The notes under the pieces were generated by a model. That model searched no databases, was not told where the DNA came from, and saw nothing but the letters and a program-made list of their open reading frames with translations. A stretch of DNA of 63,875 bases, the filler included, from Octopus bimaculoides (Eukaryota), in NCBI RefSeq assembly GCF_001194135.2. It is 7 parts of 7 records of this genome, joined end to end, with 100 filler letters (N's around TTAATTAATTAA, not from the genome) between each part and the next. Parts side by side here need not be neighbours in the genome. Positions count along the whole stretch, not along the records: positions 1 to 5,996 come from NC_069005.1; positions 6,097 to 27,285 come from NC_068989.1; 5 more parts are not named here. One strand, given 5' to 3'. The position numbers were made by a program, and so were the translations under genes. Below, in pieces: positions 1 to 8,993 of this stretch (the stretch's first letter is position 1; every line of letters starts with the position of its first letter).

Positions 1-83
1 ATACAAGGAATAAATTCAAAGCCTTGCTTTTTCTTAAATGTGTGATATTATACTAATTGTTAGAAATCATTATTTAGCCATTA

Positions 84-290
84 TAAGGCAGCGAGCTAGT
101 AGAATTGCTAGCTCGCCGGACGAAATGCTTAGAGGTATTTCGTCTGCCGCTACGTTCTGAGTTCAGATTCCGCCGAGGTCGACTTTGCCTTTCATCCTTT
201 CGGGGTCGATTAAATAAGTACCAGTTACGCACTGGAGTCGATATAATCGACTTAATCCGTTTGTCTGTCCCTGTGTGTAGCCCCTTGTGT
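84..290 (+). mobile_element. tRNA-derived SINE (family 1, TAAGGCGGCGAGCT head)
   Basis: The block ...GTTCTGAGTTCAGATTCCGCCGAGGTCGACTTTGCCTTTCATCC... recurs, diverged, at ~16842-17020, ~25905-26070, ~57650-57830 and ~61405-61545 (+), and at ~41305-41470, ~41500-41705 and ~61995-62100 (-). It has a B-box-like GTTCARATTCC. Boundaries are approximate. Confidence 0.75.
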
Positions 291-767
291 GCGTATGTGT
301 ACGAATGTGTGTATATGTATGCATATATGTGTGTGTGTGTGTGTGTGTGTATGCGTGTACCTGTGCGTAGACTCAACTGGAATCAATCGAAGGGAGATAA
401 CTCTATCTCGCCCATAAGTATTGTTGTACAGTAGAATTTCTTATCGGAGTTATTTTGGTTACTTCCAGTTGTAGACAGGTTACGAGGTTATAGCAGAAGA
501 TACTTACTATAATGTAAAAATATTACAATGATAAAATCGGTCCAATTACAATTAATCCATAATAATATTTTGGCATTCAATGATTTTGAGTCTCAGACTT
601 GTCAAGATACGTTCGTTAGGCGTGAAAGCGCGCGTTGTCAACTGTAAACACATGTTTTATAGTCGTTCACCACTTTTTATAGCCGGTTTGGTTACTGTTT
701 GTGTAACACTAATTTTATGTTTCCTATTTGGAAATCGATAATAAATATATTTTACTTTCGAAGTAGG

Positions 768-1000
768 GGATCTTTCTGATTTGGCGGGCGCCACTTTTTA
801 TTTATGTTTTATTTAGTGTGTTTTCTACCGAAACACTTTCAAACTTCATATACTTGTATATATTATGTTATAAAACAAGATAAAAAATTTTGTATTCGAG
901 ATCCGAAGTAGGAATATATATTGATAAACATGTCACTTATAACTTACTTATTTATAAGTGTTACTATTATATATAAATCCTGACTCCAGCTACATAAAGG
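768..1000. mobile_element. End of non-autonomous DNA transposon (GGATCTTTCTGATTTG terminus)
   Basis: The same terminus is seen as an inverted pair at 54468-54586 and in reverse at ~48615-48640. The internal ...GAAACACTTTCAAACTTC... segment is shared with ~48560-48580. Confidence 0.45.
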
Positions 1001-1603
1001 CCATAGCGAGAAATATATATACTCTGAAACGCAAACGGACATTTTATACGTGCATGTATGTTGAAGATAAATAAATTCGTGTTCTTTTAACCGCTATAAA
1101 AAAAAAATTTTTTAAACATAGTTTCATAATTGCAGAAATAAATTTCATTAACAAGTTGAAGAACGTGAAGAAAGAGAAAATAATTACTACATTATTTTAT
1201 TTATGTATATTTAGCATTTATAGTACAATAGGAATGTAAAGTCATTTTATCGTAGAGAATTATGACTTAAAATTCACACTAGCTAATCCTTCATACTAAC
1301 TACTAGGTTTTCACAACAATTCAAATAAGTCTTGTTGGACTTTTATCATAGACATGGCATGAAAAAATAGCCATTATCTCAATGAGTGAATATCGTGGAG
1401 TTTAGTAACATCCAACATCACTGATTAATTTCCCCCAAACCAGGGTTTTTATAACTGCTCATATCTAAATTCTCTAAGAACCGTATTTCGTGAAAGAATT
1501 CTCTTTGACGAAAGTTTAGAATTCAAATATGGGCAGTAATTTTAATCAATGGGATTACCAACAATTATGCTTGTTCGGGCAAACGACCATTACGTCAAAT
1601 TTG

Positions 1604-1768
1604 GGTAAATTTTCAGATTAACACCCGCACGATTTTTACTAGGGTGTTATGGTTAAGATTAGGGACGAAATTCCCTAACTCTAAAACCGTAACCGTAACT
1701 CTAAAACCTTAACCCTGACCCCTAACACCCTAGTGAAAATCGTGCGGGTGTTAATATGAAAATTTACC
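1604..1768. mobile_element. Merlin-like MITE family A, copy 1 (TTAGGG/CCCTAA-like core)
   Basis: Long TIR GGTAAATTTTCAGATTAACACCCGCACGATTTT..CTAGGGTGTTA. It is flanked by CAAATTTG on both sides (1596-1603, 1769-1776). Other copies lie at 45750 and 49746. Confidence 0.75.
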
Positions 1769-3094
1769 CAAATTTGTTACATATGATATACAGTAATCCT
1801 TCTCTATATCGCTGTTTATAAGATTAGGCCGATTCCTCCGTGGTGTTGTTTTGCTTTTATAATAAAATAAACGTATGCAAGTTATAAAAAAATGAAAAAA
1901 ATTACTTACAGTACAGTACTGTTTCTACTTCGCGGATTTTCACTTATCGCGGAGTTTCTTGGATAGTCGAGGGATTAAACCGTATTATCACTAATACGGG
2001 ATTTTCGATGTCAGCCTCGTTTTCTTCTAGGGAAATTTACATACACAAATGAAGCGGGTAAGATCGAACCCTGGGCGCGGAGAATCTGGATAAACTGGGA
2101 TTTTCAGGAAGAGAAATCGACCGGCTAATTCATACATTACAATCTGTGAGTGGAACAGTAAAAACAGGTAAGACTTTTAAGTTCCAAATGTGAATTTGCC
2201 TCTGTTACTTACGAGTGTAGGACAAAAGACCCACGGGCAAAAAGCCCCATGGTTAAAGTGTGAAAGTGGAAAAAAGCCCCACGGTTATATTTTTCGATTA
2301 TTTTTTCTTTTNNNNNNNNNNNNNNNNNNNNNNNNNNNNNNNNNNNNNNNNNNNNNNNNNNNNNNNNNNNNNNNNNNNNNNNNNNNNNNNNNNNNNNNNN
2401 NNNNNNNNNNNNNNNNNNNNNNNNNNNNNNNNNNNNNNNNNNNNNNNNNNNNNNNNNNNNNNNNNNNNNNNNNNNNNNNNNNNNNNNNNNNNNNNNNNNN
2501 NNNNNNNNNNNNNNNNNNNNNNNNNNNNNNNNNNNNNNNNNNNNNNNNNNNNNNNNNNNNNNTTTTCAACCATCGCATGAAGTTAAGCCTAGAAGGTATC
2601 TACGCATGCGAGAAACAACAGTCAAATCTCTTGAATTTTCTTTTATAAGTCCCTCGGTTTTTTTTTTGGTTTTTTTTCATTCTAAAAATCTCTTTACTTG
2701 TTTCAGTCATTGGACTGCGGCCATGCTGGAGCACCAGCTCTAATTTTTAGTCCGCTACATTTAGTTGGCAAACATTTTATGAATAAACGGAAAGGGATAA
2801 ATAGATAAATAAATAAATGGATGAAAAAGTTCAAATTTTAAAATTGGGGGTGAAATTTGAGCCCCTTATTAAACTTTATAGCATTTTCTCATAAAATGGT
2901 GGGTACTATCCAAGAAGAGTGGTCCCGGTGCGCGCACTCGCTAGTCGTGACTAGTCGATCCTAAACAAAGTAAATAATTTTTTTTTTGTTGAATCTTCCC
3001 CATCTTACTCTTAATAAAAGGGTCTATTTTGGTGTCATCTATTTCTGCGCATGATGCGCACTCGCGCTAGGTAGTTGTAGGATCGACTAATGGG

Positions 3095-3340
3095 CCCGTT
3101 TTCCCGGTTTCTATGGCGCATGTGTTCCCCTCCAGCAGGACGGGACGCCAGTCCATCGCAGCGTTACTCAAGAAACAGGAAGAAAGAGTGAGAGAAAGTT
3201 GGGGCGAAAGAGCACAACAGGGGTTGCCGCCACCTCGTGGAGCTTTAGATGTTTTCGCTCAATAGACATTCACAATGCCCGGTCTGGGAATCGAAACCGC
3301 GATCCTCCGACCGCGAGTCCGCTGCCCTAACCACTGGGCC
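3095..3340 (-). mobile_element. tRNA-derived SINE (family 3)
   Basis: The reverse strand reads GGCCCAGTGGTTAGGGCAGCGGACTCGCGGTCGGAGGATCGCGGTTTCGATTCCCAGACC, a tRNA-like head with A/B boxes. It continues into non-tRNA sequence and has no intact acceptor stem. Confidence 0.7.
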
Positions 3341-3507
3341 TCCATATTTAATTTACATTCAATTATTATTTACGATTATTTAAGGCAAACACAAGTAACA
3401 CGCAAATTCTTTTCACCTTTTGGTCTATATTTAATTTCGATTTGCATATATGTTCATCAATACACTATAATCTCTTCAAAGTAGACAAAATCATTTTTTT
3501 TTTTTTT

Positions 3508-3915
3508 GGCACTATCATGCTATTAGCTGTCAGAAGTGAAAGTGCTCACTGCCTGCTAGTGAAGTATCTGTCTGTCTGCCTGTATGCCTGTTGCTGGCCT
3601 GTCGATTCTTTGGCTACTGACAGCTAATACCATGACTGGCCGGAGCGAGCTATCTGTCTGTCTGTCTGTCTCTCTATCTATCTATTACTCGAAAGTTCGC
3701 GCGTCCGCGTTAGCTAGTCGTGAGTAGAAAACACAAATTTAATATAAAAACATATTTCCTGAAATTGCAAATTATTTAAAATATAAAAATATAATTTTCA
3801 ACAGAGAGAATTTATCAAAATAGAAAACAAATGAAGTTTGAAGTTTAAAAATAATAGGATCGACCACTCACGACTAGCTAGCGCGGACGCGCGAACTTTC
3901 GAGTAATAGATAGAT

Positions 3916-3964
<49 letters not shown>

Positions 3965-4103
3965 TATAGCTCGCTCCGGCCAGTCATGGTATTAGCTGTC
4001 AGTAGCCAACTGAAATTCTTTTTCTTCACTTTCGAAATCATAAGAAAACATTGAAAAACCACTGCACTGGAAGACACTTGACAGCTAATAGCATGATAGT
4101 GCC
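3508..4103. mobile_element. Fold-back non-autonomous DNA element (Merlin-like terminus GGCAC)
   Basis: Perfect 25-bp TIR GGCACTATCATGCTATTAGCTGTCA (3508-3532 / 4079-4103). Inner inverted arms ~3611-3726 and ~3866-4008 include microsatellites. Confidence 0.7.
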
Positions 4104-4132
4104 CATTTGTCAGCAATAAAGATTGTTTCCAG

Positions 4133-4246
4133 GGTAAATTTTCAGATTAACACTCGCACGATTTACCATATTCAGAGCTGTAAATGTTTTTTAGGGATAG
4201 GGTTAGGATCGACCACTGACCGGGTCCGCGCTGCTTTAGTAGTACC
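4133..4246. mobile_element. Mosaic MITE remnant (left end family A, right end family B)
   Basis: Starts GGTAAATTTTCAGATTAACACTCGCACGATTT and ends TAGGGTTAGGATCGACCACT...CTGCTTTAGTAGTACC. No matching TSD. Confidence 0.55.
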
Positions 4247-4474
4247 GTGTTGATATATGCATAGTAATTTAAGTCCCACTTAGATATCAGAGCTACAGTC
4301 ATTATAACTTAGATATTCAAGATCGTCCATACCTTCAAATATAATGAATAGCGTTGATATGCTCACAGAAGTTCAAACGTTCAACATCGTCCATTTAGAA
4401 ATCAAAGGTGCAGTCATAATCAAAATCATTCATATCTTCAAAAGTTTGGACATATAATCTGAGTTGAGTGAACA

Positions 4475-5090
4475 TTAAAAGTCTACCAAGTCGTCCATAT
4501 GATCGTAGTCTTGTGCACATTCAATTTCCTCTGCCAAGTCAAAATAAGCGTTGGCCATATGATCGTAGTCTTGTGCACANNNNNNNNNNACATTCAATTT
4601 CCTCTGCCAAGTCAAAATAAGCGTTGGCCATATGATCGTAGTCTTGTGCACATTCAATTTCCTCTGCCAAGTCGAAACCGAACATACGATCTAAGTCGTC
4701 CATTACGGAATTATTATGACTGGAATGACGTTTCGCGTCATTTGGCCTCCCGACCGTTCCACTACGACTAGGTGAACGTCGAATTCTGATACTAGTACCA
4801 TCGTTCTTCGTTGTAAACTTCGATTTATCACTGAGCTTCACAAATTTCGTCGTGATCTTAAAGTTTGGTTTGCTACGTTGCACTTCTTTCAAAACGTAAA
4901 GCTTTCTATTGTCACAAGCGTAGTATTTTCCATATTCTTTGAAAACTGCTATTTTTGTCATATTGTCTGTCATAGTTTCACCACCGATAATAGTTGAAAT
5001 CACTTTATCTAATGTTTCTCCATTATAAAATGTGTTGCTTATAGAATCCTGAGAATAGCGGATTTCATTTAGACTTAGTTCGGTGCACAT
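4475..5090 (-). CDS. Intronless protein with ParB/sulfiredoxin-like domain and acidic 20-aa tandem-repeat tail
   Basis: MCTELSLNEIRYSQDSISNTFYNGETLDKVI...IAVFKEYGKYYACDNRKLYVLKEV...KFTTKNDGTSIRIR shows the I-x-[FY]-S-Q-x-S...DNR[RK]L pattern. The reading continues through FDLAEEIECAQDYDHMANAY repeats to DDLVDF-TAA (4475-4477). The apparent frame break is a 10-N gap at 4580-4589. Fold assignment is from recalled motif similarity. Confidence 0.7.
4496..4674 (-). repeat. 60-bp coding tandem repeat (20 aa), copy number unresolved
   Basis: The unit ACATTCAATTTCCTCTGCCAAGTCAAAATAAGCGTTGGCCATATGATCGTAGTCTTGTGC is identical on both sides of the 10-N gap. Confidence 0.9.
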
Positions 5091-5137
5091 CGTGTTCGAA
5101 TGGGTGGGCAGTTATGGAAATTAGAGAATTCAACAAA

Positions 5138-5144
5138 TTTTATA
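5138..5144 (-). promoter_or_regulatory. Candidate TATA box of the ParB-like ORF
   Basis: TATAAAA on the minus strand, ending 47 nt upstream of the ATG at 5090. Weak on its own in AT-rich DNA. Confidence 0.35.
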
Positions 5145-5524
5145 TCTCGTAAAAAAAAACAAAACATAAAAGAACGAGAGATAGAGAGTATTAAACAGAA
5201 TCTAATGTCGATCGAGATACATTCGAAGAAACGTAATCCAGTCAGTCGTTATTTTCTTGGGGATTGAGATACAACTGATATTGTGAATGTACAGCCTTGT
5301 AAAAACACGAGCATAACTAACAAACTTACAGTTGGATGAGAGGAAGTGTGTGTGCGTTTGTGGGTGAGTCAGTTTCGTAGAAAACGAGTAGATTTCGAAG
5401 AAAATAAAGTGAAAGAAAAAGATTCCATCTCACTTTAGATAATATCCGCTACAAAAAAAAAATACTAATCATATACTTTTCACACACACACACACACACA
5501 CACTCACTATGTGTTTGTTTTATA

Positions 5525-5865
5525 TTTTCAGTCATTTGACCATGGCCATGCTGGAGCACCACATTTAGTTAAAATCAATCCCAGGATTTGTTCTTTGTAA
5601 GCCTAGTACTTATTCTATCGGTATTCTTTTGCCGAACCGCTAGTGTTACAGAGACGTAAACACACCAGCATCGAGTGTCAAGCGATGATGCTGGGACCAA
5701 ACACAGACACACAAGTATATATACAACACGAACGGCTTCTTTCAGTGTCCGTCTACCAAATCCCCTCACAAGGCTTTGGTCGGCCTGAGGCTATAGTAGA
5801 AGACACTTGCTCAAGGTGCCACGCAGTGGGACTGAACCCGAAACCAAGCTTCTTACCACCACACA
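5525..5865 (-). mobile_element. tRNA-derived SINE (family 2)
   Basis: TTCAGTCATTTGAC..GGCCATGCTGGAGCACC...GTAAGCCTAGTACTTATTC...GAAGACACTTGCTCAAGGTGCCACGCAGTGGGACTGAACCC. Many further copies, e.g. ~18176-18530, ~23220-23473, ~25070-25245, ~35480-35640, ~46890-47170, ~49160-49285 and ~51245-51480 (-). Confidence 0.85.
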
Positions 5866-5996
5866 TCCACTGTGGCCATGCTGGGGCACTGCCTTGAGGG
5901 GTTTCGTTAAAGAAATTGATCTTCCACCCGTACTTATTTTGGCAGAATTCTTTTAGCACGCTTTTAGCAAACTGACAACTCAAACAAGATTTTTTT

Positions 5997-6096
5997 NNNN
6001 NNNNNNNNNNNNNNNNNNNNNNNNNNNNNNNNNNNNNNNNTTAATTAATTAANNNNNNNNNNNNNNNNNNNNNNNNNNNNNNNNNNNNNNNNNNNN
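5997..6096. other. Artificial scaffold join (44 N + TTAATTAATTAA + 44 N)
   Basis: The identical 100-bp construct occurs six times in the window. Confidence 0.9.
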
Positions 6097-6116
6097 GACG
6101 ACGATGGTGGTACTTG

Positions 6117-6148
<32 letters not shown>

Positions 6149-6913
6149 GTATTGACGACAAGGATGATAATGAGAGGCTGATGGTAATGATGGTGACAGT
6201 ATCGGTGGTAGTGGTGGTGGTGGCGGCCGTGACAATAATAAATGGTAGTTGCCGCGATAGCCGTCGTGGAGGTTGTGGCGGAGGAACTAGTGTTGGCTGG
6301 AGAGATTATGACGTTTATAATGGTTGGTGTTGCTCGTGCTGTTGCAGCTGTTATTGTTGTTGTTGTTATTGTTATTGTTGTTGTTGGTGGTGTGGTGGTG
6401 GCGGTAGCGGTGGTGTTGGTGGAGACATCATCCTATTGGAACTATAAAAACAGCAGCCAATCTAAGACAACAATACGACCAAACGTCATCAAAAACAACA
6501 ACAACAACAACAACACTAGTGATTACCGAAAGGCAAGAGCAATTAAATTATAGCAACAAGAACAACAGCAACAATGATGACGTCAGCAACAAAAACAACA
6601 ACAACAACAACAGCGGCTTTGATGATAATTCTTCATTTCAGATGGACAGCAGAAATATATAAAGAAACATTAAAATGTTACAAGACAATAATAGACTCGG
6701 TGTATGTTTGAATGCTTGTAACAAATTATGCATAGACTCCTACATACACTTACACACATACAGATAGTCAACCCTCACCGACCGCGCACACATACCACGC
6801 ATTAATAAATTGCTAACTGTTGTCAGTAATTTGTTAAAATATATCAATTACTCTGCTGAGTTGCGTCGAGTTCCCTATGTGGCGTTCATTTTGTACGCAC
6901 ACACATACACACA

Positions 6914-6947
<34 letters not shown>

Positions 6948-7779
6948 CATACACACACACATGTGTGTATGTGTGTGCGTACAAAATGAACGCCACATAG
7001 GGAACTCGNNNNNNNNNNNNNNNNNNNNNNNNNNNNNNNNNNNNNNNNNNNNNNNNNNNNNNNNNNNNNNNNNNNNNNNNNNNNNNNNNNNNNNNNNNNN
7101 NNNNNNNNNNNNNNNNNNNNNNNNNNNNNNNNNNNNNNNNNNNNNNNNNNNNNNNNNNNNNNNNNNNNNNNNNNNNNNNNNNNNNNNNNNNNNNNNNNNN
7201 NNNNNNNNNNNNNNNNNNNNNNNNNNNNNNNNNNNNNNNNNNNNNNNNNNNNNNNNNNNNNNNNNNNNNNNNNNNNNNNNNNNNNNNNNNNNNNNNNNNN
7301 NNNNNNNNNNNNNNNNNNNNNNNNNNNNNNNNNNNNNNNNNNNNNNNNNNNNNNNNNNNNNNNNNNNNNNNNNNNNNNNNNNNNNNNNNNNNNNNNNNNN
7401 NNNNNNNNNNNNNNNNNNNNNNNNNNNNNNNNNNNNNNNNNNNNNNNNNNNNNNNNNNNNNNNNNNNNNNNNNNNNNNNNNNNNNNNNNNNNNNNNNNNN
7501 NNNNNNNNNNNNNNNNNNNNNNNNNNNNNNNNNNNNNNNNNNNNNNNNNNNNNNNNNNNNNNNNNNNNNNNNNNNNNNNNNNNNNNNNNNNNNNNNNNNN
7601 NNNNNNNNNNNNNNNNNNNNNNNNNNNNNNNNNNNNNNNNNNNNNNNNNNNNNNNNNNNNNNNNNNNNNNNNNNNNNNNNNNNNNNNNNNNNNNNNNNNN
7701 NNNNNNNNNNNNNNNNNNNNNNNNNNNNNNNNNNNNNNNNNNNNNNNNNNNNNNNNNNNNNNNNNNNNNNNNATGATTG

Positions 7780-8040
7780 AAGGCGCGTGACCTAGTGGTT
7801 AGGCGTGTTGCACTCACGATCGTGAGGTCGTGGTTTCGATTTCCAGACCGGCTGCACGCTGTGTTCTTGAGTAAAGTACTTGATTTTATGCTGCTCCAAT
7901 CCGCTCATCTGTAAAGGAATAACTCTGCGACAAATCAGCCTAAAGATGAAGGGAAAGTTAAAACCCATGCAAAGCACATTGTTACCAGCGCTGTCTAACA
8001 ACACCCAATAGTTTAGTCGGTCACGTGATCACGTGATATA
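7780..8040 (+). mobile_element. tRNA-derived SINE (family 3-like)
   Basis: GGCGCGTGACCTAGTGGTTAGGCGTGTTGCACTCACGATCGTGAGGTCGTGGTTTCGATTTCCAGACC head followed by GTGTTCTTGAGTAAAGTAC. A related head lies at ~63215-63310. Confidence 0.65.
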
Positions 8041-8419
8041 CGCGCACACACACACACACACACACACGCACATATATATGTATATGTCTGTATGTTTTTA
8101 AAGCTCAACTTTGCCTTTAATCCTTTCTGGATCGAAAAAGTAAGTACTTGTTGAACCTTTGGGTCAATGTAATCGACTTACCTACACCCGCTGAAATTGC
8201 TGGCCTTGTGCCTAAATTTGAAAGCATTGTTGTCGTCATTGTTCAGCGAGCAGGCGAATTCGTTATTGCGCATGATAAACTGCTCTGTGGTATTTCTTTC
8301 GGCTTTATGCACTCTGAGTTCAAATGCCTCTGAGGCTGACTTTGCTTTATATTCTTTCGAAATCAACGGACTAGTTTAAACTTGTTAGTCATGTACCAAG
8401 ATTAGAAAGTATTATTATT

Positions 8420-8931
8420 GAGTGAGAGAGCAGCACATATGATCAAAATGACACTGGAGTGAAATATACGAAACCCAGTATACCCATCATGACTACCTGT
8501 CTGGTAAGGTAACACCAAGCACATGCATCACAACCATACGTACGCGACATGGTGATCTCATATCAAGATAAACAGCACATGACCTTGCAGGTGGTACCCA
8601 ATTACAATTTTCTTCAGGTCGAGTAGCCCATCCCGCTCAAAAGCTCCCTGAATAAGGGTTGTGGTGAATTATTCAAACCACAAAAAAGCCTCTCAACACA
8701 TGGCTATGATGCTCCCCTACTACTTCTGCTCGTGATCAGAGATGCACATAGTGTCAGCCACCAAGGGACATGCTCAGTTGGCTGAGGTCAAACAACTGAT
8801 AAGCAAATCTGTGGTATTGCACAAGATATTTGCGGTAGTCTATCTTTGATACCAAGACAAAACAGGTAGATGATAACACTTCCAATCACTTAAGATCAGA
8901 AACCACGAGTGCCAGTGTCTGGTATTGCATT
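8420..8931 (-). mobile_element. (TAA)n-tailed non-coding retroposon, copy E1
   Basis: Aligns by eye along its length with 13636-14242 and 57216-57597. The minus-strand 3' end is ...GCTGCTCTCTCACTC(AAT)n. Confidence 0.8.
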
Positions 8932-8933
8932 GA

Positions 8934-8992
<59 letters not shown>

Positions 8993-8993
8993 T
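8934..8993. repeat. (TTA)n microsatellite between E1 and the R4/Dong 3' end
   Basis: Direct reading. Confidence 0.95.

Noticed and set aside
6041-6052. TTAATTAATTAA palindrome repeated six times (also 27330, 33352, 56237, 59648, 62663)
   Set aside because: It is always centred in exactly 44+44 N. This is an assembly spacer, not a biological motif, and it means cross-block synteny is unproven.
6096-6620. His-, Cys/Gly- and Val-rich ORFs
   Set aside because: These are mixed (GAT)/(GGT)/(GTT)/(CAA) trinucleotide repeats, open on both strands.
6867-7008. ~140-bp near-perfect palindrome centred on (TA)n
   Set aside because: It ends exactly at a gap and is centred on a self-complementary microsatellite. 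Most likely a fold-back assembly artefact.
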